Assembly: GCA_963667465.2 (NCBI GenBank)
Contig: CAXXDN010000002.1
Location: 1,728,001 to 1,792,000 of the forward strand
Direction of reading: 5' to 3'
From: Dehalococcoidia bacterium
Lineage (GTDB): Bacteria > Chloroflexota > Dehalococcoidia > UBA2979
Length of the DNA stretch: 64,000 nucleotides
The translations under genes were made by a program, and so were the position numbers. Below the pieces are notes generated by a model that was not told where the DNA came from, did no database searches, and was given only the letters and a program-made list of their open reading frames with translations. Numbering within the stretch: position 1 is the first letter of the stretch; the number at the start of each line of letters is the position of its first letter. Of this stretch, positions 18,181 through 28,814 are shown piece after piece.

Positions 18181-21100
18181 CTACTCGTGGATCATTCGCC
18201 GGGCGCTCACTTCAGCGAGCGCCGCGAGGACGACGTTGTCTCGATTGTCGCTGCTCCCATTGAGCACGCCCTCGATTCGTGCTCGCAGCGCCTCGATCTC
18301 GGGACGGTCGGCGTCCGTCACATCAAACTCGTGGTGCGCGAGTTCACGGTGCCCGTCCATGCCGATAACAACGGCCATCGCATGACGCTTGTCCGCCCGA
18401 CCCTTCACGTGTGCGAAGGCTTCCTTGCGAACAAACTCCTGTGCCATCGAGGCGAGCACCACCGACGCGTGGTCCGCGTCCTGGTCGTTCCAGGCATCCG
18501 GAGGCTTGTTGAGAGCAAGGCCGGCGAGCCCCTCCATGTCTGCATGCGTCCCATAAAACTGGGCTACGCGCACCGCAAACGCCTCCTGCCGGTGATCGGC
18601 GCCAAGTTCCCGAATGTTCTCGGCACGAGCACGCAGCTCGTCCAACGAGCGGCTCGATGCGTTCGGCACTTGCAACTCTGTCAGCAGCGTTTGCTTCAAG
18701 CGGCGCAGCATCGCGGGGTACGCGTCCCGTAGTTCGTGCAGCCCCTCTCGCACGCGTCCCGCGACGACTCTGAGGCTCGTCTCGTGGCCAAGCTCCACTG
18801 GATCGCTCAGCGCCTGTGGGAGGTCGTCAAAGAGTAGTCTGTTGGGATCCTTAGCGTGTTTGAGCGACTGGCGCACGAGGCTAGCATTCGCCGAGAGGTT
18901 GCGAGTGCGGCCCGTCCAGAGCGGCAACTCGTCATGGATCGCGACCAGCCCTCTCGCCACGTCGATTGGCTGAAGGTCCGGGAGTTGGTTCCGGTCGTCG
19001 ACCTCACGAACGATGTCGGCGAGGTCCGACAAGAGTTGGCGGGATACGTCCGGAAGGTCCATCCACCGGACCTGAACGTCGCTCGCGTCCCCAGCGAGGA
19101 AGTCCATGTCGAGGTCGGTGATGCGTGCCTGGAATACGCCCTCTCGATAAGAGGCGAGGTCTCGCTGGTTGGAGAGCATGAAGGCCGCGGCCAGCACCGG
19201 GAGGAGCCCAGCCTTGATGCCGAACGGGGGCTCGCGCCAGATGTCGTACAGCTCGGCCATCGACACCGTCCGGTGGGAGTTGCTGCGCACGAGGTCCTCC
19301 GCAGCCCGCCATGCGGCTGCGAGTTTGCCGTGCGCCCGCGGACGTACGAATCGCCAGCCATCGGCCGCCTTGGCGTACAGCCCGGGCCCCTCGATCAGTG
19401 AGGTGAACAAGCCGCCCTCCGCGGGGAAGCCTTCAATGCCGAGCCGCTCCTCGCCCTCGTTCAACGCCATCCGGCGGAGCAAGATATTCCGTGCCGCAAT
19501 AGCGTTGCTCGATGGCTTGGTTCGATTCAGGAGCTCGTTGTGCAGGTGTGGCGCCTGGGGGAAGCGCTCGTCGGCGAGGTCCGAAGCCAGGCTGTTGAGC
19601 TGTGCGTGGTCGAGTTGTGTCACGCGATGGCCGTGGCGTCGCCATCGCGCCCCGCTGAGGGCCTGCCCGAGTTCAGTCTCGATCCGCCCCTGGAGCTCGA
19701 TGATGCGGCCGCCCACCTCCATACGAGCGACGCGATCCCCCTGCAACTCCGGCGTGTGATCGCGAACGCGTTCCAGCGCAAGGAGATCCCTCGCGAGCGT
19801 AGTGACCGCCCACGCTGGCCGATCGGCAACGCCGATCACCAAGTCGTGGCTGTCATTGCTCGCCGTTGCGGCGAGCGCCACCCGCTCGGCTCGTTCCCGC
19901 GAGTCGCCCTCGGTCGGCAAGGCGAGGAGGAACGCGCCGCAGGAGCCGTCCCGGGGCTTATAGCTCGCCGCGGCCTCCGACAGTTCGCCCAGAGGCACGA
20001 TGGCGGTGTCGTACCACCTGAGCGTGCCGGTCTCGTGGTAGTGGCGTTTCGCAACGATGGGCTGAAAGTCCGCGAGGGCGGTCAGTCGTGCGTGGTCGAG
20101 CGTGCCAATCGACTCGTAAGCTTCCTCGACCGCCTGTTCAATATCGAAGTCACTCCCCTCGAAGATGCTGTAGGCGTCCGTGTACTTGCGATAGATGATG
20201 AGCGATGACTGAAGGAGGTCAGAAAGGGTTCTCTCGATATCCTCGGGGGGGTGCGCCTGGAGCGCCATCCTCAGCAGCTCGAGGCTCGGCGCCAATCCAG
20301 ACCGCTCCTTGAAGAGATCGACCAGCCCGATAGTCTTCAGCAGCCGGAGGTGCAATTCGCCGGCACCCATGGCCTCGAGTCGCTCGACCGCGTCGACGGC
20401 CAGGGCCCAGCGGTGTCCGTCGGGGGAAGCCATGATGGAAGGCTCGAGGTTGAACCGGAGGTAGCCCCACAAGAGTTCAGGCGTGTACAGATCAGCGCCA
20501 GCAGCGGTTCGAAGGAAATCCTGAAAACCCTGCGGCTCAGTCGAGTTCAGGAACCCGAAGATGCTGCGCTGGTTTTGCCCGAATCGGCGCCGTGATATTG
20601 GGCCGAGGAGGCACGCCACGATTGGGTGTAGTGGCCAGCAACCCTCCAACAGGTCCGCAATGGCAGGCTGTCGCGCTAGGGCCGCGACGTTCGTCGCGCA
20701 TTCGCCGGGCACAGCCGGCTGGCGTCCGTTCTCGATTGCGCGACTGACGAGATCAATCTGCTCTTCAGGCGCGGCCGTGATCGCGAGGTCAACGAACCGT
20801 CCCTGGATCTTCGCCCATTCGTCTCGCATCTCCCGCGAGAGCCGGTGTGCGTACTCCTCGAACGCCTGATGCAGGATGCCGATCACGATGAGCCGGCGGT
20901 CGCTACGCGAGGCCAACTCCGCGAGCTCTTGGAAGAAGTAGATGTCGGTTCCGTCGTGCGCAGCCCCTTCGAGGAACTTGCCCATCTCATCGATGAGAAC
21001 GACAAGCCCGCCGCTTGTACGCGGCGTGCGCCTCGCGGCTTCGGACAGCTTGTCGAGTACCTCGCCATCGCTCCACTCCGCCGACCGGCCACGCCTGACG

Positions 21101-21510
21101 AGCCGCGCGTCCTCAAGTGCCTCGCCCACTGCCTGCGCCGGATGTCCGCGCTTGCCAACCACAGGCAGGATCCGCCAACCCTTCTCCCGCGGCGGCAGGG
21201 CGCTCCGGATTGCCCCGGCGGTCGCGTCGCCCAGCGCTGCCCCTGCTGCGCGCTGCAGTTCGCCCCGGCCGCTCAGCGCGGCAGCAAAGGCCACCGCGAG
21301 GCTCGACTTGCCGACTCCGTATGGTCCAGTCCAAGTGAACGCCGCGTGCGCGGACTCGCCGACGTGCCGCGCCATCGCCACAAGGGCGACAGCCGACGAT
21401 CTTGGGCAGATGAACCCTTCCAGCGACGCCAGATCCGCTAAGTCCGCGTCGATCCGGACGGACCTCTGGAACCGGCGCGCGACGCGAACGCGGTCAGCGA
21501 GGGGCGTCAT
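18181..21510 (-). CDS. sspC: P-loop ATPase SspC
   Basis: RRFQRSVRI; GPYGVGKSS; IDEMGKFLE; EWAKIQGRF; GQNQRSIFGFL; lies between DUF4007 and PAPS-reductase genes. Confidence 0.88.
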   Translation of the reverse strand: MTPLADRVRVARRFQRSVRIDADLADLASLEGFICPRSSAVALVAMARHVGESAHAAFTWTGPYGVGKSSLAVAFAAALSGRGELQRAAGAALGDATAGAIRSALPPREKGWRILPVVGKRGHPAQAVGEALEDARLVRRGRSAEWSDGEVLDKLSEAARRTPRTSGGLVVLIDEMGKFLEGAAHDGTDIYFFQELAELASRSDRRLIVIGILHQAFEEYAHRLSREMRDEWAKIQGRFVDLAITAAPEEQIDLVSRAIENGRQPAVPGECATNVAALARQPAIADLLEGCWPLHPIVACLLGPISRRRFGQNQRSIFGFLNSTEPQGFQDFLRTAAGADLYTPELLWGYLRFNLEPSIMASPDGHRWALAVDAVERLEAMGAGELHLRLLKTIGLVDLFKERSGLAPSLELLRMALQAHPPEDIERTLSDLLQSSLIIYRKYTDAYSIFEGSDFDIEQAVEEAYESIGTLDHARLTALADFQPIVAKRHYHETGTLRWYDTAIVPLGELSEAAASYKPRDGSCGAFLLALPTEGDSRERAERVALAATASNDSHDLVIGVADRPAWAVTTLARDLLALERVRDHTPELQGDRVARMEVGGRIIELQGRIETELGQALSGARWRRHGHRVTQLDHAQLNSLASDLADERFPQAPHLHNELLNRTKPSSNAIAARNILLRRMALNEGEERLGIEGFPAEGGLFTSLIEGPGLYAKAADGWRFVRPRAHGKLAAAWRAAEDLVRSNSHRTVSMAELYDIWREPPFGIKAGLLPVLAAAFMLSNQRDLASYREGVFQARITDLDMDFLAGDASDVQVRWMDLPDVSRQLLSDLADIVREVDDRNQLPDLQPIDVARGLVAIHDELPLWTGRTRNLSANASLVRQSLKHAKDPNRLLFDDLPQALSDPVELGHETSLRVVAGRVREGLHELRDAYPAMLRRLKQTLLTELQVPNASSRSLDELRARAENIRELGADHRQEAFAVRVAQFYGTHADMEGLAGLALNKPPDAWNDQDADHASVVLASMAQEFVRKEAFAHVKGRADKRHAMAVVIGMDGHRELAHHEFDVTDADRPEIEALRARIEGVLNGSSDNRDNVVLAALAEVSARRMIHE

Positions 21511-22460
21511 GCTGCGACACTCTCGTATTCTGAGCGCAGGAGGTCGAACGTCTCCTCGCATGCAAGGGGTCGGACGCGAATGAGTTGCTTCAGGCCCGCC
21601 GTTTCAGACCATAGGTAGCGGCCGTCGGACGCGACCTCCAATGCGCCGAGCAGCTCGACGAGGTCGTCTTCTCCGAGAACGAAGACCCGACCCGGTGAGC
21701 CCGGCTCGTGGGCTAGCGCCTCGAACGAGAGCGTAGTCGAGTTCTTGGAAAAGCGCTCCCAGAAGTCGGTGACGGCGTATCCAAGCACGCCTACTCCGAG
21801 GGATGGCTTCGGGCCGCGCACAAACCTGAAGCCGTCGCGCCTGCCGACCCGCTTGATCAGCCCGAGCTCGGCCAGCGGCGACTCCAGTGAGTCCTCGTAG
21901 CCGCCCGACGTCGACGCGCTCTGCCGTACGTATGTGCGCACGAAGCAAGCCACATCTCTCCTGATCGTCGCGATTGATGCCCGCGGCCATGCTCGTTCCT
22001 CGGCCAGATTGGTCACGCCACGAACGAGGGTGTCGCGCTCGAACGCGAGCGCTGCGAAGTGGCTGAACGACCAGAACCACGTAGTCCTTTCGGGGTCGCC
22101 GGACACGTTCCAATGCGCGAGCCAAGAGGTGGCCGGCGCCTCCATGTAGGGGTCGAGGCCCTCGGTGCGGTCGAAGAGGAGCCGCCCGAGGTCCGTGGGC
22201 TCGAGCTCCTGATGAGCGCGGTCCTCTCGGATGACGCCGGCGGCAGTCGCCCAATGCCGCATTGAGGCGACCATGTTCTTCCCGACGCCGAAGCGCGCGA
22301 TGGCGTCCTCGGCGGAGAAGACCGCTCGCTTTTCCTCAGGGGTCTCAGCTTCGCTCAGGGCGTCGTATGCCTTCTTGAGCCACCCGTGGCGGAGCGGGAA
22401 CGTCTCGTGGCCCGAGAGCTGTGGGCGATATCCGTCGTCGTATAGTGGGCCCCTGATCAT
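21507..22460 (-). CDS. sspB: DUF4007 protein SspB
   Basis: SGHETFPLRHGWLKK; GVGKNMVASMRHW; DPYME; SPLAELGLI; ATGA overlap with sspC. Confidence 0.9.
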   Translation of the reverse strand: MIRGPLYDDGYRPQLSGHETFPLRHGWLKKAYDALSEAETPEEKRAVFSAEDAIARFGVGKNMVASMRHWATAAGVIREDRAHQELEPTDLGRLLFDRTEGLDPYMEAPATSWLAHWNVSGDPERTTWFWSFSHFAALAFERDTLVRGVTNLAEERAWPRASIATIRRDVACFVRTYVRQSASTSGGYEDSLESPLAELGLIKRVGRRDGFRFVRGPKPSLGVGVLGYAVTDFWERFSKNSTTLSFEALAHEPGSPGRVFVLGEDDLVELLGALEVASDGRYLWSETAGLKQLIRVRPLACEETFDLLRSEYESVAA

Positions 22461-22586
22461 CCGGCTTCCCGACTGGACGCTTCGTCCAGCGCGACGGTAA
22501 CACACGGCCCGATGTACTGTACACGCAGGCTATCCGGTCCGCGGCGGCAGCCTGTCCGCCGGATGCCGGGCGTGTGAGCGAAACTG

Positions 22587-23744
22587 ATGAGCGACACCGA
22601 AACAATCTACGCTGACTATCAGGCGACTACTCCTGTGGACCCGCGGGTCGTGGAGAAGATGGCGCCGTATTGGAGCGAATCTTTCGGCAATCCTCACTCG
22701 GACGACCACGTCGAGGGCTGGCGCGCTGCCGAGTCCGTCCGTCAGGCAGCGTCGTCGATCGCCGCGCTTATTGGCGGCGACCCCGACGAACTGGTGTTCA
22801 CATCGGGAGCGACCGAGGCGAACAATCTCGCGCTGCTTGGCTTGGGCCGCCGTGCCCCGGCCGGCCGCCGACGGATCCTGGTCAGCGCGATCGAACACAA
22901 GTGCGTACTTGCCGCGGCCCGCGTCCTTGAGGAGCGAGAGGAATTCACGGTCGAGGTGATCCCGGTGGACGAAGCCGGTTTCGTGCGTCTCGATGTACTC
23001 GAGGACATGCTCGACGACTCGGTGCTCGTCGCCTCAGTCATGGCCGTAAACAACGAGGTCGGAACCATTCAAGACATCCCGCGTATCGCAGGAGTGCTCA
23101 GGAGTCACGGCGCTCTGTTCCACTGTGATGCTGCTCAGGCCCCCTCCGCGATGGACATTGGCGATCTCACGGTTCATGCCGATCTTGTGAGCCTGTCCGG
23201 CCACAAGATGTATGGTCCCAAGGGCATCGGCACCCTGTACGCTCGTCGCGAGTACCACGATCGCATCGAGCCACTAATCTATGGCGGGGGGCAACAGGGC
23301 GGACTGCGCTCCGGCACCGTTCCAGTGCCACTGTGCGTTGGCATGTCGGCGGCCGCCGACATTCTTCGCTCGGAGGAAGGTGCGCTTGAGCGCGAGCGTG
23401 TGTCGCGATTGCGCGACTCGTTCGTGCAAGGCCTCCTCGGTAGCCCTGCCGCCCTCGAACTGAACGGGCCGACGTGGACCAAACGGCACCCAGGCAACGC
23501 CAACGTGAGGTTCGGGGGCTTCGATGCCCAGGACATCCTGGGCGCTTTGCAGCCTCGACTTGCGGCCTCCACCGGCGCTGCCTGCGCGTCCGGCATACCC
23601 GAGCCATCGCATGTGCTCCGTGCCCTCGGCCTGAGCGAGGCTGACGCACAGTCGTCAGTGCGATTCAGCTTTGGGCGCTTCACTACCTCGGGCGAGGCTG
23701 AGGCCGCGGGCGAACTCGTGCGCGATGTGATCGTGGATCTGTAA
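22587..23744 (+). CDS. sspA: cysteine desulfurase (IscS/DndA/SspA)
   Basis: YADYQATTP; FTSGATEANN; SGHKMYGPKG; STGAACASG; divergent from sspB. Confidence 0.92.
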   Translation: MSDTETIYADYQATTPVDPRVVEKMAPYWSESFGNPHSDDHVEGWRAAESVRQAASSIAALIGGDPDELVFTSGATEANNLALLGLGRRAPAGRRRILVSAIEHKCVLAAARVLEEREEFTVEVIPVDEAGFVRLDVLEDMLDDSVLVASVMAVNNEVGTIQDIPRIAGVLRSHGALFHCDAAQAPSAMDIGDLTVHADLVSLSGHKMYGPKGIGTLYARREYHDRIEPLIYGGGQQGGLRSGTVPVPLCVGMSAAADILRSEEGALERERVSRLRDSFVQGLLGSPAALELNGPTWTKRHPGNANVRFGGFDAQDILGALQPRLAASTGAACASGIPEPSHVLRALGLSEADAQSSVRFSFGRFTTSGEAEAAGELVRDVIVDL

Positions 23745-23924
23745 GTGCCCGACCAAACCGAGTTTCTGCTGCCCACGACCGCCTCCTTCGCGAGCCTCGC
23801 TTGTTCTGCTGGTGCGCCAAGATTTGGTTCGCCGAACAACCCCTCTCGGGAGCGTAGGATTGCGGAACTGAGGAACCCCTCGGGGGATGCGTCAGTCCGT
23901 GGTGGCCGCTAGATTGAGCCGGCC

Positions 23925-26210
23925 GTGGCGCTCATGGATCTGGAGCCGGAAGCTATGCGGATGGATCTCGTGGGAGACCTGCTCGCCACCCTGAGGATCG
24001 AACCACAGGACATTGCTGACAGCGGTTTGTCTCTGCACGGCAGGCTTGATCGCCTAAGCACCGACGAAATCCGCGACCTTGGGCGCGTAGCAGCGCCCGA
24101 GCTGGTCAACCGTTGGGACACGCCGATTGGAGCGATGCTGCCAGGACTGCTCCACTCGCAATCTGAACAGGTGTCGACCGCTTCCCTCAAGACGCGCAGC
24201 TACAACGCGTTGCTTCGCGAGGGTGTCGCTACATGGGGCGACGTCGCGGAATTGACTCCTGCGCAGCTTTTCGGGCTCCGGAACGTGGGCTGGCTCACCG
24301 TCATCGATATCCTGACCTCTAGCGTCGAGCAATCGCTCCGCTCGCATCAAGCCCGTGATGCCGTGGAGGATAGCGCCCCCGAAGACCTCGATGAGGAGCT
24401 CGACGAACCGTCTGAGCACCTCGTCGCCGACGAGGATCAGTTGGAGACCGCGATGGCCGATTTGCGTAACTCCGGAACTTGGGGCATCAACGTCGCGAAC
24501 TCGCTAGGCGCACTCCGCACCCTAGCCACCTGGGGTATCAGGGAACGCGATGCCAAGCGGTTGGACGACATCCTTGAACTGAACCCCGACTCGCGGCCTA
24601 TCCCTGCCGACCTGTCAGCGATGTGGGATGACTTCGGGCTGGTCGCTCTGGCGGACTGGGCGGATCCCGCACTGTTGGATGTGACCCTCGATGAGCTGGC
24701 CGAGCGACTTTTTGCAAACATGGACGAGCGGCAGCACACCATATATCGCCGCCGCGTGATCGATGGCGTGACGCTCGAGGTAGTCGGGAGAGAGCTAGAT
24801 GTCACGCGTGAACGCATCCGGCAATTGCAACTGAAAGCAGAGACGCAGATCGCGGCCGCTCTGAAGAGAAGTCCCTTCACCTTGCTCCATTGGCGCGCGG
24901 CGGACCTGAGATCGTCGCTTGGCGCCACGGCGCCAATCGCCCACGACATCACGCAGTCGGCACTGGAAAAGAGTCTGCGCGGGGCTAGCCAAAATGCTGC
25001 TGAGCTCCTGCGCCCGCTCATCCTCCGCCTGGCTGGGCCATTCCGGGAACGCGACAGCTGGATGACACTCGAGCAGGCCGACATCCCGGAACCCGCGGAC
25101 ATCGAGGCGATGGCCGACGAGTTCGGTGTTCTCCCGCTGGTCGACGCGCGAGACTGCCTCGCTGCTCACGGTATACGCTCAGAGTTCCACGATGCGTGGC
25201 TTGAGCACTCCGGTCGATTCCAACACGACGGCGACAGATTGTTGGTCTGGTCGGGCAGCGTGGTCGACAAGTCCGTTGCCCTACTTGCAGCCCGCGGCGA
25301 GCCAGAGGATACAGAAAGCATAGTCGCACTTGTCGGCGAGGGTCACAGCGTTCGCGGTGTGCGAGCTCGGTTCTTCGAGGACGAGCGGCTAGTGCGGGTC
25401 AACCGGACTCACTGGGCGCTTCGGGCGTGGGGCATGGAGGAGTACACAGGCATCACCGACGAGATCGCCCAACGTATTGAAGGGGCCGGGGGCGAGATCG
25501 AGGTCGCTGCGGTTGTACGTGAAGTCGTGAGCCAATTCGGCGTCAAAGAGAATTCTGTCCTGGTGTACACCGCAGCACCGATGTTCGTGGTTGAAGGGGA
25601 CCGCATCCGACTGCGAATGGACGACGAGCCGATCGACGTAGGGGGGAGCCTCGAGAACTGTGCCGGCGCCTTCCGGTCGTCAGAACGCTCCGTCAGTCTC
25701 TTGATCCCTGCCGATGCTGACCTCCTGCGCGGCAGCGGTCGCCCTCTGAGCGGCTCCGTCGCGGTAGCCCTTGGTGTCTCGCCCGGCCGACCGCGCTCGT
25801 TCCTGCATGCGTCTGGTGCACTCAACGTCACGTGGCCGATGACTGCGGCGATAGGCCCCTCGCTTGGATCAGCGCGCGTATTGGCGACCACAGCAGGAGC
25901 CACCGCAGGCGAACGAGTGCGCCTCGACTTCGATTTGGAGCAGGGACGCGTAAGCGCCGAGCGTGTCCCTCAACACATCGACTCCCATGAAGACATAGAC
26001 GCAATCCGCCTGCTGACGGGCATCACCGCCGACAGCGAAAACGCCCTGTCCTTAGTGGCTGATGCGGTTGACGTCTCGCCCGCGAACGTGCGGCGAGCGC
26101 TGAGTGAGCGAGGAGACATGGAACTTGCGGAACTCCTACCAAGACCCGAAGTCGATGCGCATCTACGGTCTACTCTGTCTAACCTCGCGCAACTTATAGC
26201 CTCGGGCTGA
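23925..26210 (+). CDS. multidomain protein with RNAP alpha-CTD-like and sigma70 region-4 domains
   Basis: LKTRSYNALLREGV...LRNVG (alphaCTD-like); TLEVVGRELDVTRERIRQLQLKA (sigma r4); WALRAWG segment. Confidence 0.8.
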   Translation: MALMDLEPEAMRMDLVGDLLATLRIEPQDIADSGLSLHGRLDRLSTDEIRDLGRVAAPELVNRWDTPIGAMLPGLLHSQSEQVSTASLKTRSYNALLREGVATWGDVAELTPAQLFGLRNVGWLTVIDILTSSVEQSLRSHQARDAVEDSAPEDLDEELDEPSEHLVADEDQLETAMADLRNSGTWGINVANSLGALRTLATWGIRERDAKRLDDILELNPDSRPIPADLSAMWDDFGLVALADWADPALLDVTLDELAERLFANMDERQHTIYRRRVIDGVTLEVVGRELDVTRERIRQLQLKAETQIAAALKRSPFTLLHWRAADLRSSLGATAPIAHDITQSALEKSLRGASQNAAELLRPLILRLAGPFRERDSWMTLEQADIPEPADIEAMADEFGVLPLVDARDCLAAHGIRSEFHDAWLEHSGRFQHDGDRLLVWSGSVVDKSVALLAARGEPEDTESIVALVGEGHSVRGVRARFFEDERLVRVNRTHWALRAWGMEEYTGITDEIAQRIEGAGGEIEVAAVVREVVSQFGVKENSVLVYTAAPMFVVEGDRIRLRMDDEPIDVGGSLENCAGAFRSSERSVSLLIPADADLLRGSGRPLSGSVAVALGVSPGRPRSFLHASGALNVTWPMTAAIGPSLGSARVLATTAGATAGERVRLDFDLEQGRVSAERVPQHIDSHEDIDAIRLLTGITADSENALSLVADAVDVSPANVRRALSERGDMELAELLPRPEVDAHLRSTLSNLAQLIASG

Positions 26211-26649
26211 TAGCCCCTTCCGCGTCCTCACCAATCGCTTTGAGCTGAAGCATTAGGTGGAGGGTCGGTTCATTTTGACCTATCAATTGACCGAGCAGAT
26301 GTGGAAACCCCGCGTTCGCGTACTCGGAGGCCATCCGGATGACATCGCCAGGCCGTTCGAGCGCGTCAGATCCGTTCTCGGCCAACGCCAGTAGTTCGAG
26401 GTGTGTGATTCGCCACGGATCTGAATCGAAAATGCGTCCGTCGATGATCTTCCTTGACTCCCTAGGCAGCGGTGACCGCCGTCCAGAATGCACGCCCATC
26501 GTCATGGCGACCCACCACGCATCGATCCAACGTGAGAAAACCTTCCGCTCGTCCTCGCTCCGCGACACGAAGCTCTCAAGCTGTTCGTGATGGTCTGCCG
26601 CAATGAACACGTCGTAGCTGGTATATGGGTTCGCGCCCCCGAGTGTCAT
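26194..26649 (-). CDS. hypothetical protein, possibly DndE-like, coupled to the CxC ATPase
   Basis: ATGA overlap with the ATPase; C-terminal EYANAG resembles DndE-like accessory proteins (weak). Confidence 0.55.
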   Translation of the reverse strand: MTLGGANPYTSYDVFIAADHHEQLESFVSRSEDERKVFSRWIDAWWVAMTMGVHSGRRSPLPRESRKIIDGRIFDSDPWRITHLELLALAENGSDALERPGDVIRMASEYANAGFPHLLGQLIGQNEPTLHLMLQLKAIGEDAEGAISPRL

Positions 26650-28814
26650 GGTGCCCCCACCCCTGTCTCACGAAAACGGACGCCGTGACGCTCGTCGTAC
26701 CGACGAGCGCACAGGCGGCACGAGTGCCGATGATCGCACGCGCAGATGCGCGATACCGGGTAGTCGGTATGCCATGGATGGATCAGATCCGTGGGATAGT
26801 GCTCTGAGCACGAGAGCGTCATCGTGCTGCCGGCACGCTCGTCGACGAGATCTTCCACATCACGTAGTTCTGCCCGCGTCAGGAAGAGGATGACCTGGAA
26901 GTCTGGACCGTCATCGGCCGGGGGCATGGTGATCGCGTCCACCATGCGGTGCTTCACGCCTCCCGAGACCATCCCGAGCGGAGTGTCGATCATCCGCGGT
27001 GCCGTGGCGCCGGACACTTCCATGAGCGCCCAGATGAAGGAGAGCGTGAGCGCCCGCTTGGAGGCACCGTTCAACTCGAAGTCAGGATCGAGTCGCCTGC
27101 CCTCGGCTGTATCAATGACGATGTTGAAGTCGGCATCGAAGTGGACACCGGCGTACAGCTCCGTGCCAAAGTCCGCTCGCACAGATTTGTCTGGTGCGCC
27201 GACGATCTCCATGAATAGTGCGCCCATACGCGCAGACACGCGTCCCACATAGTCACGCTCAAGTACTTTGAGGACGTCGGTTGCTAGGTTCGCCAGGTCC
27301 TCCGCGACGTCACGTCTAGTCGCGAGTGCGAGGCTTACCTTAGCCTCGTCTTGGGCTTGCTTGAGCGCTTGGTCCTGTTCTGACCTCCCACTTTCTGCCT
27401 CTGCCAGGTCGCGTTCTGCCGCGCCGACATCCCGATTCGTCTTCGCGATCTTCGCCTCGACGTCTGCGAGGCGCGCGACCAAGTCGTGCACTCGTGTCGC
27501 ATCGATCTGACTGCGCTTCCTCTCCAGATCCGCGAGTTCGACACCTGCCACCTGGAGCTCGTCGTTTATCGCAGTGAATTGCTGTAGCAGCTCAGCCGAC
27601 ACCTGCTGGAATGCACGCCCGGCTTCGATCCGGGAGCGTTCCTCGGCAGCAGCCTGCCTTGCAACGTAGGAGAGTCCAGTGAGACGCTGATGGTGATCCG
27701 ACACACTTCGCTGTTGGGCCAGGAGTTGTTCCACATGAGCGCGGTGTTCCGTGCCAGGCGCTAGCGACTGACCGCAGATGCACTCGTCGATTCCAAGTCG
27801 GTCCACAAGTACCTCGACGGAGGCCCCTGGGATAATGCGGCGGTCAGCCAAGTCATCGAGATGCTCTAATCCTGTGCGCAACTGCTCCCCGACAAGCATC
27901 CAAGAATACTCCTCGGACCTTAGGAACACCTGCATTTTCTGGATGGCCGCAGAGCGTTCATCCTCAAGTCGGTCTCGTCCCCTCGTTACCCGATCAATCC
28001 GATCGTTGATCTCGTCTATGTCACCTATGCCGCGTAAGCTTCCGAGCTCTTTGTCCCAAGTCGCGCGCTGACCGGCCATATTCGCTTGTCGGTCGCGCAA
28101 CCTCTCGAGTGTCGATTGCAAGCCATCGATGCGGGCATCAGTTGCAGCGAGGCTGGTTTCCAGATCGGCAGTATCTACTCCTCCGGACTTAGCGGCCTCA
28201 AGGCGCAGGTTCCGAAATACCGCTTGGAGATCAGTCTCAGCCACTCGGAATCGCTCGATTCCAAGCAAGTTGCGGACAGCGTTCTGGACCTGCGCTTGCC
28301 TTTGTCGTTCCCCGATCTCAGCGGAGATAAACGTTTGCACCGAATCACCATCCGTGAAGAATACGTCACGCAATTGTTGTGGTAGCCAGTTGTTGATCCA
28401 TGATTCGGGCGCGCTCAGATCTTCCTCTCCGGCTGACGTGATCTTCAGGAGGCGCACGCGTTCAGTCTCTCGGTCGACTTCATCATCCTTGGTTGGTGTT
28501 TCCACGACCGAGCGTACGAGCCGGTAGCGCGCTGTGGTCCCGTACTCGTCGTCGTATTCGAACTCGATCGTCACCGACACTGGGGTCGGTACGTTTGCCG
28601 AAGCCGCCGTTGACGTCAGACGGAGCGATCTCGCTACGGCCGGCAAGCCGGCCATTCCATAGAAGGCCCACTGGAACGCGTAGAGCAGGGAGGTCTTGCC
28701 TGATCCGTTCTCGGCGCGGATCACCGTCAGCGGTCTGTCGCGCTTCGTCGAGAACTCTAGCTGCACATCTTCGAGCAGCTTGAAGTTACGTACGTGAGCA
28801 CGAATGAGACGCAC
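26646..28814 (-). CDS. DndD/SMC-like ABC ATPase with CxC hook
   Basis: AENGSGKTS; FFTDGD; CICG at the coiled-coil apex; LNGASKR; MIDTPLG; C-terminal CAC...CRLC. Confidence 0.88.
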   Translation of the reverse strand: MRLIRAHVRNFKLLEDVQLEFSTKRDRPLTVIRAENGSGKTSLLYAFQWAFYGMAGLPAVARSLRLTSTAASANVPTPVSVTIEFEYDDEYGTTARYRLVRSVVETPTKDDEVDRETERVRLLKITSAGEEDLSAPESWINNWLPQQLRDVFFTDGDSVQTFISAEIGERQRQAQVQNAVRNLLGIERFRVAETDLQAVFRNLRLEAAKSGGVDTADLETSLAATDARIDGLQSTLERLRDRQANMAGQRATWDKELGSLRGIGDIDEINDRIDRVTRGRDRLEDERSAAIQKMQVFLRSEEYSWMLVGEQLRTGLEHLDDLADRRIIPGASVEVLVDRLGIDECICGQSLAPGTEHRAHVEQLLAQQRSVSDHHQRLTGLSYVARQAAAEERSRIEAGRAFQQVSAELLQQFTAINDELQVAGVELADLERKRSQIDATRVHDLVARLADVEAKIAKTNRDVGAAERDLAEAESGRSEQDQALKQAQDEAKVSLALATRRDVAEDLANLATDVLKVLERDYVGRVSARMGALFMEIVGAPDKSVRADFGTELYAGVHFDADFNIVIDTAEGRRLDPDFELNGASKRALTLSFIWALMEVSGATAPRMIDTPLGMVSGGVKHRMVDAITMPPADDGPDFQVILFLTRAELRDVEDLVDERAGSTMTLSCSEHYPTDLIHPWHTDYPVSRICACDHRHSCRLCARRYDERHGVRFRETGVGAP

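Noticed and set aside
18181-22460. BREX assignment for the DUF4007 gene and ATPase
   Set aside because: No PglZ, PglX or BrxL in the window; adjacent desulfurase, PAPS reductase and DUF262/1524 genes fit Ssp.
23925-26210. true sigma factor or rpoA
   Set aside because: No sigma region 2 or alpha N-terminal domain recognisable; only isolated subdomains.
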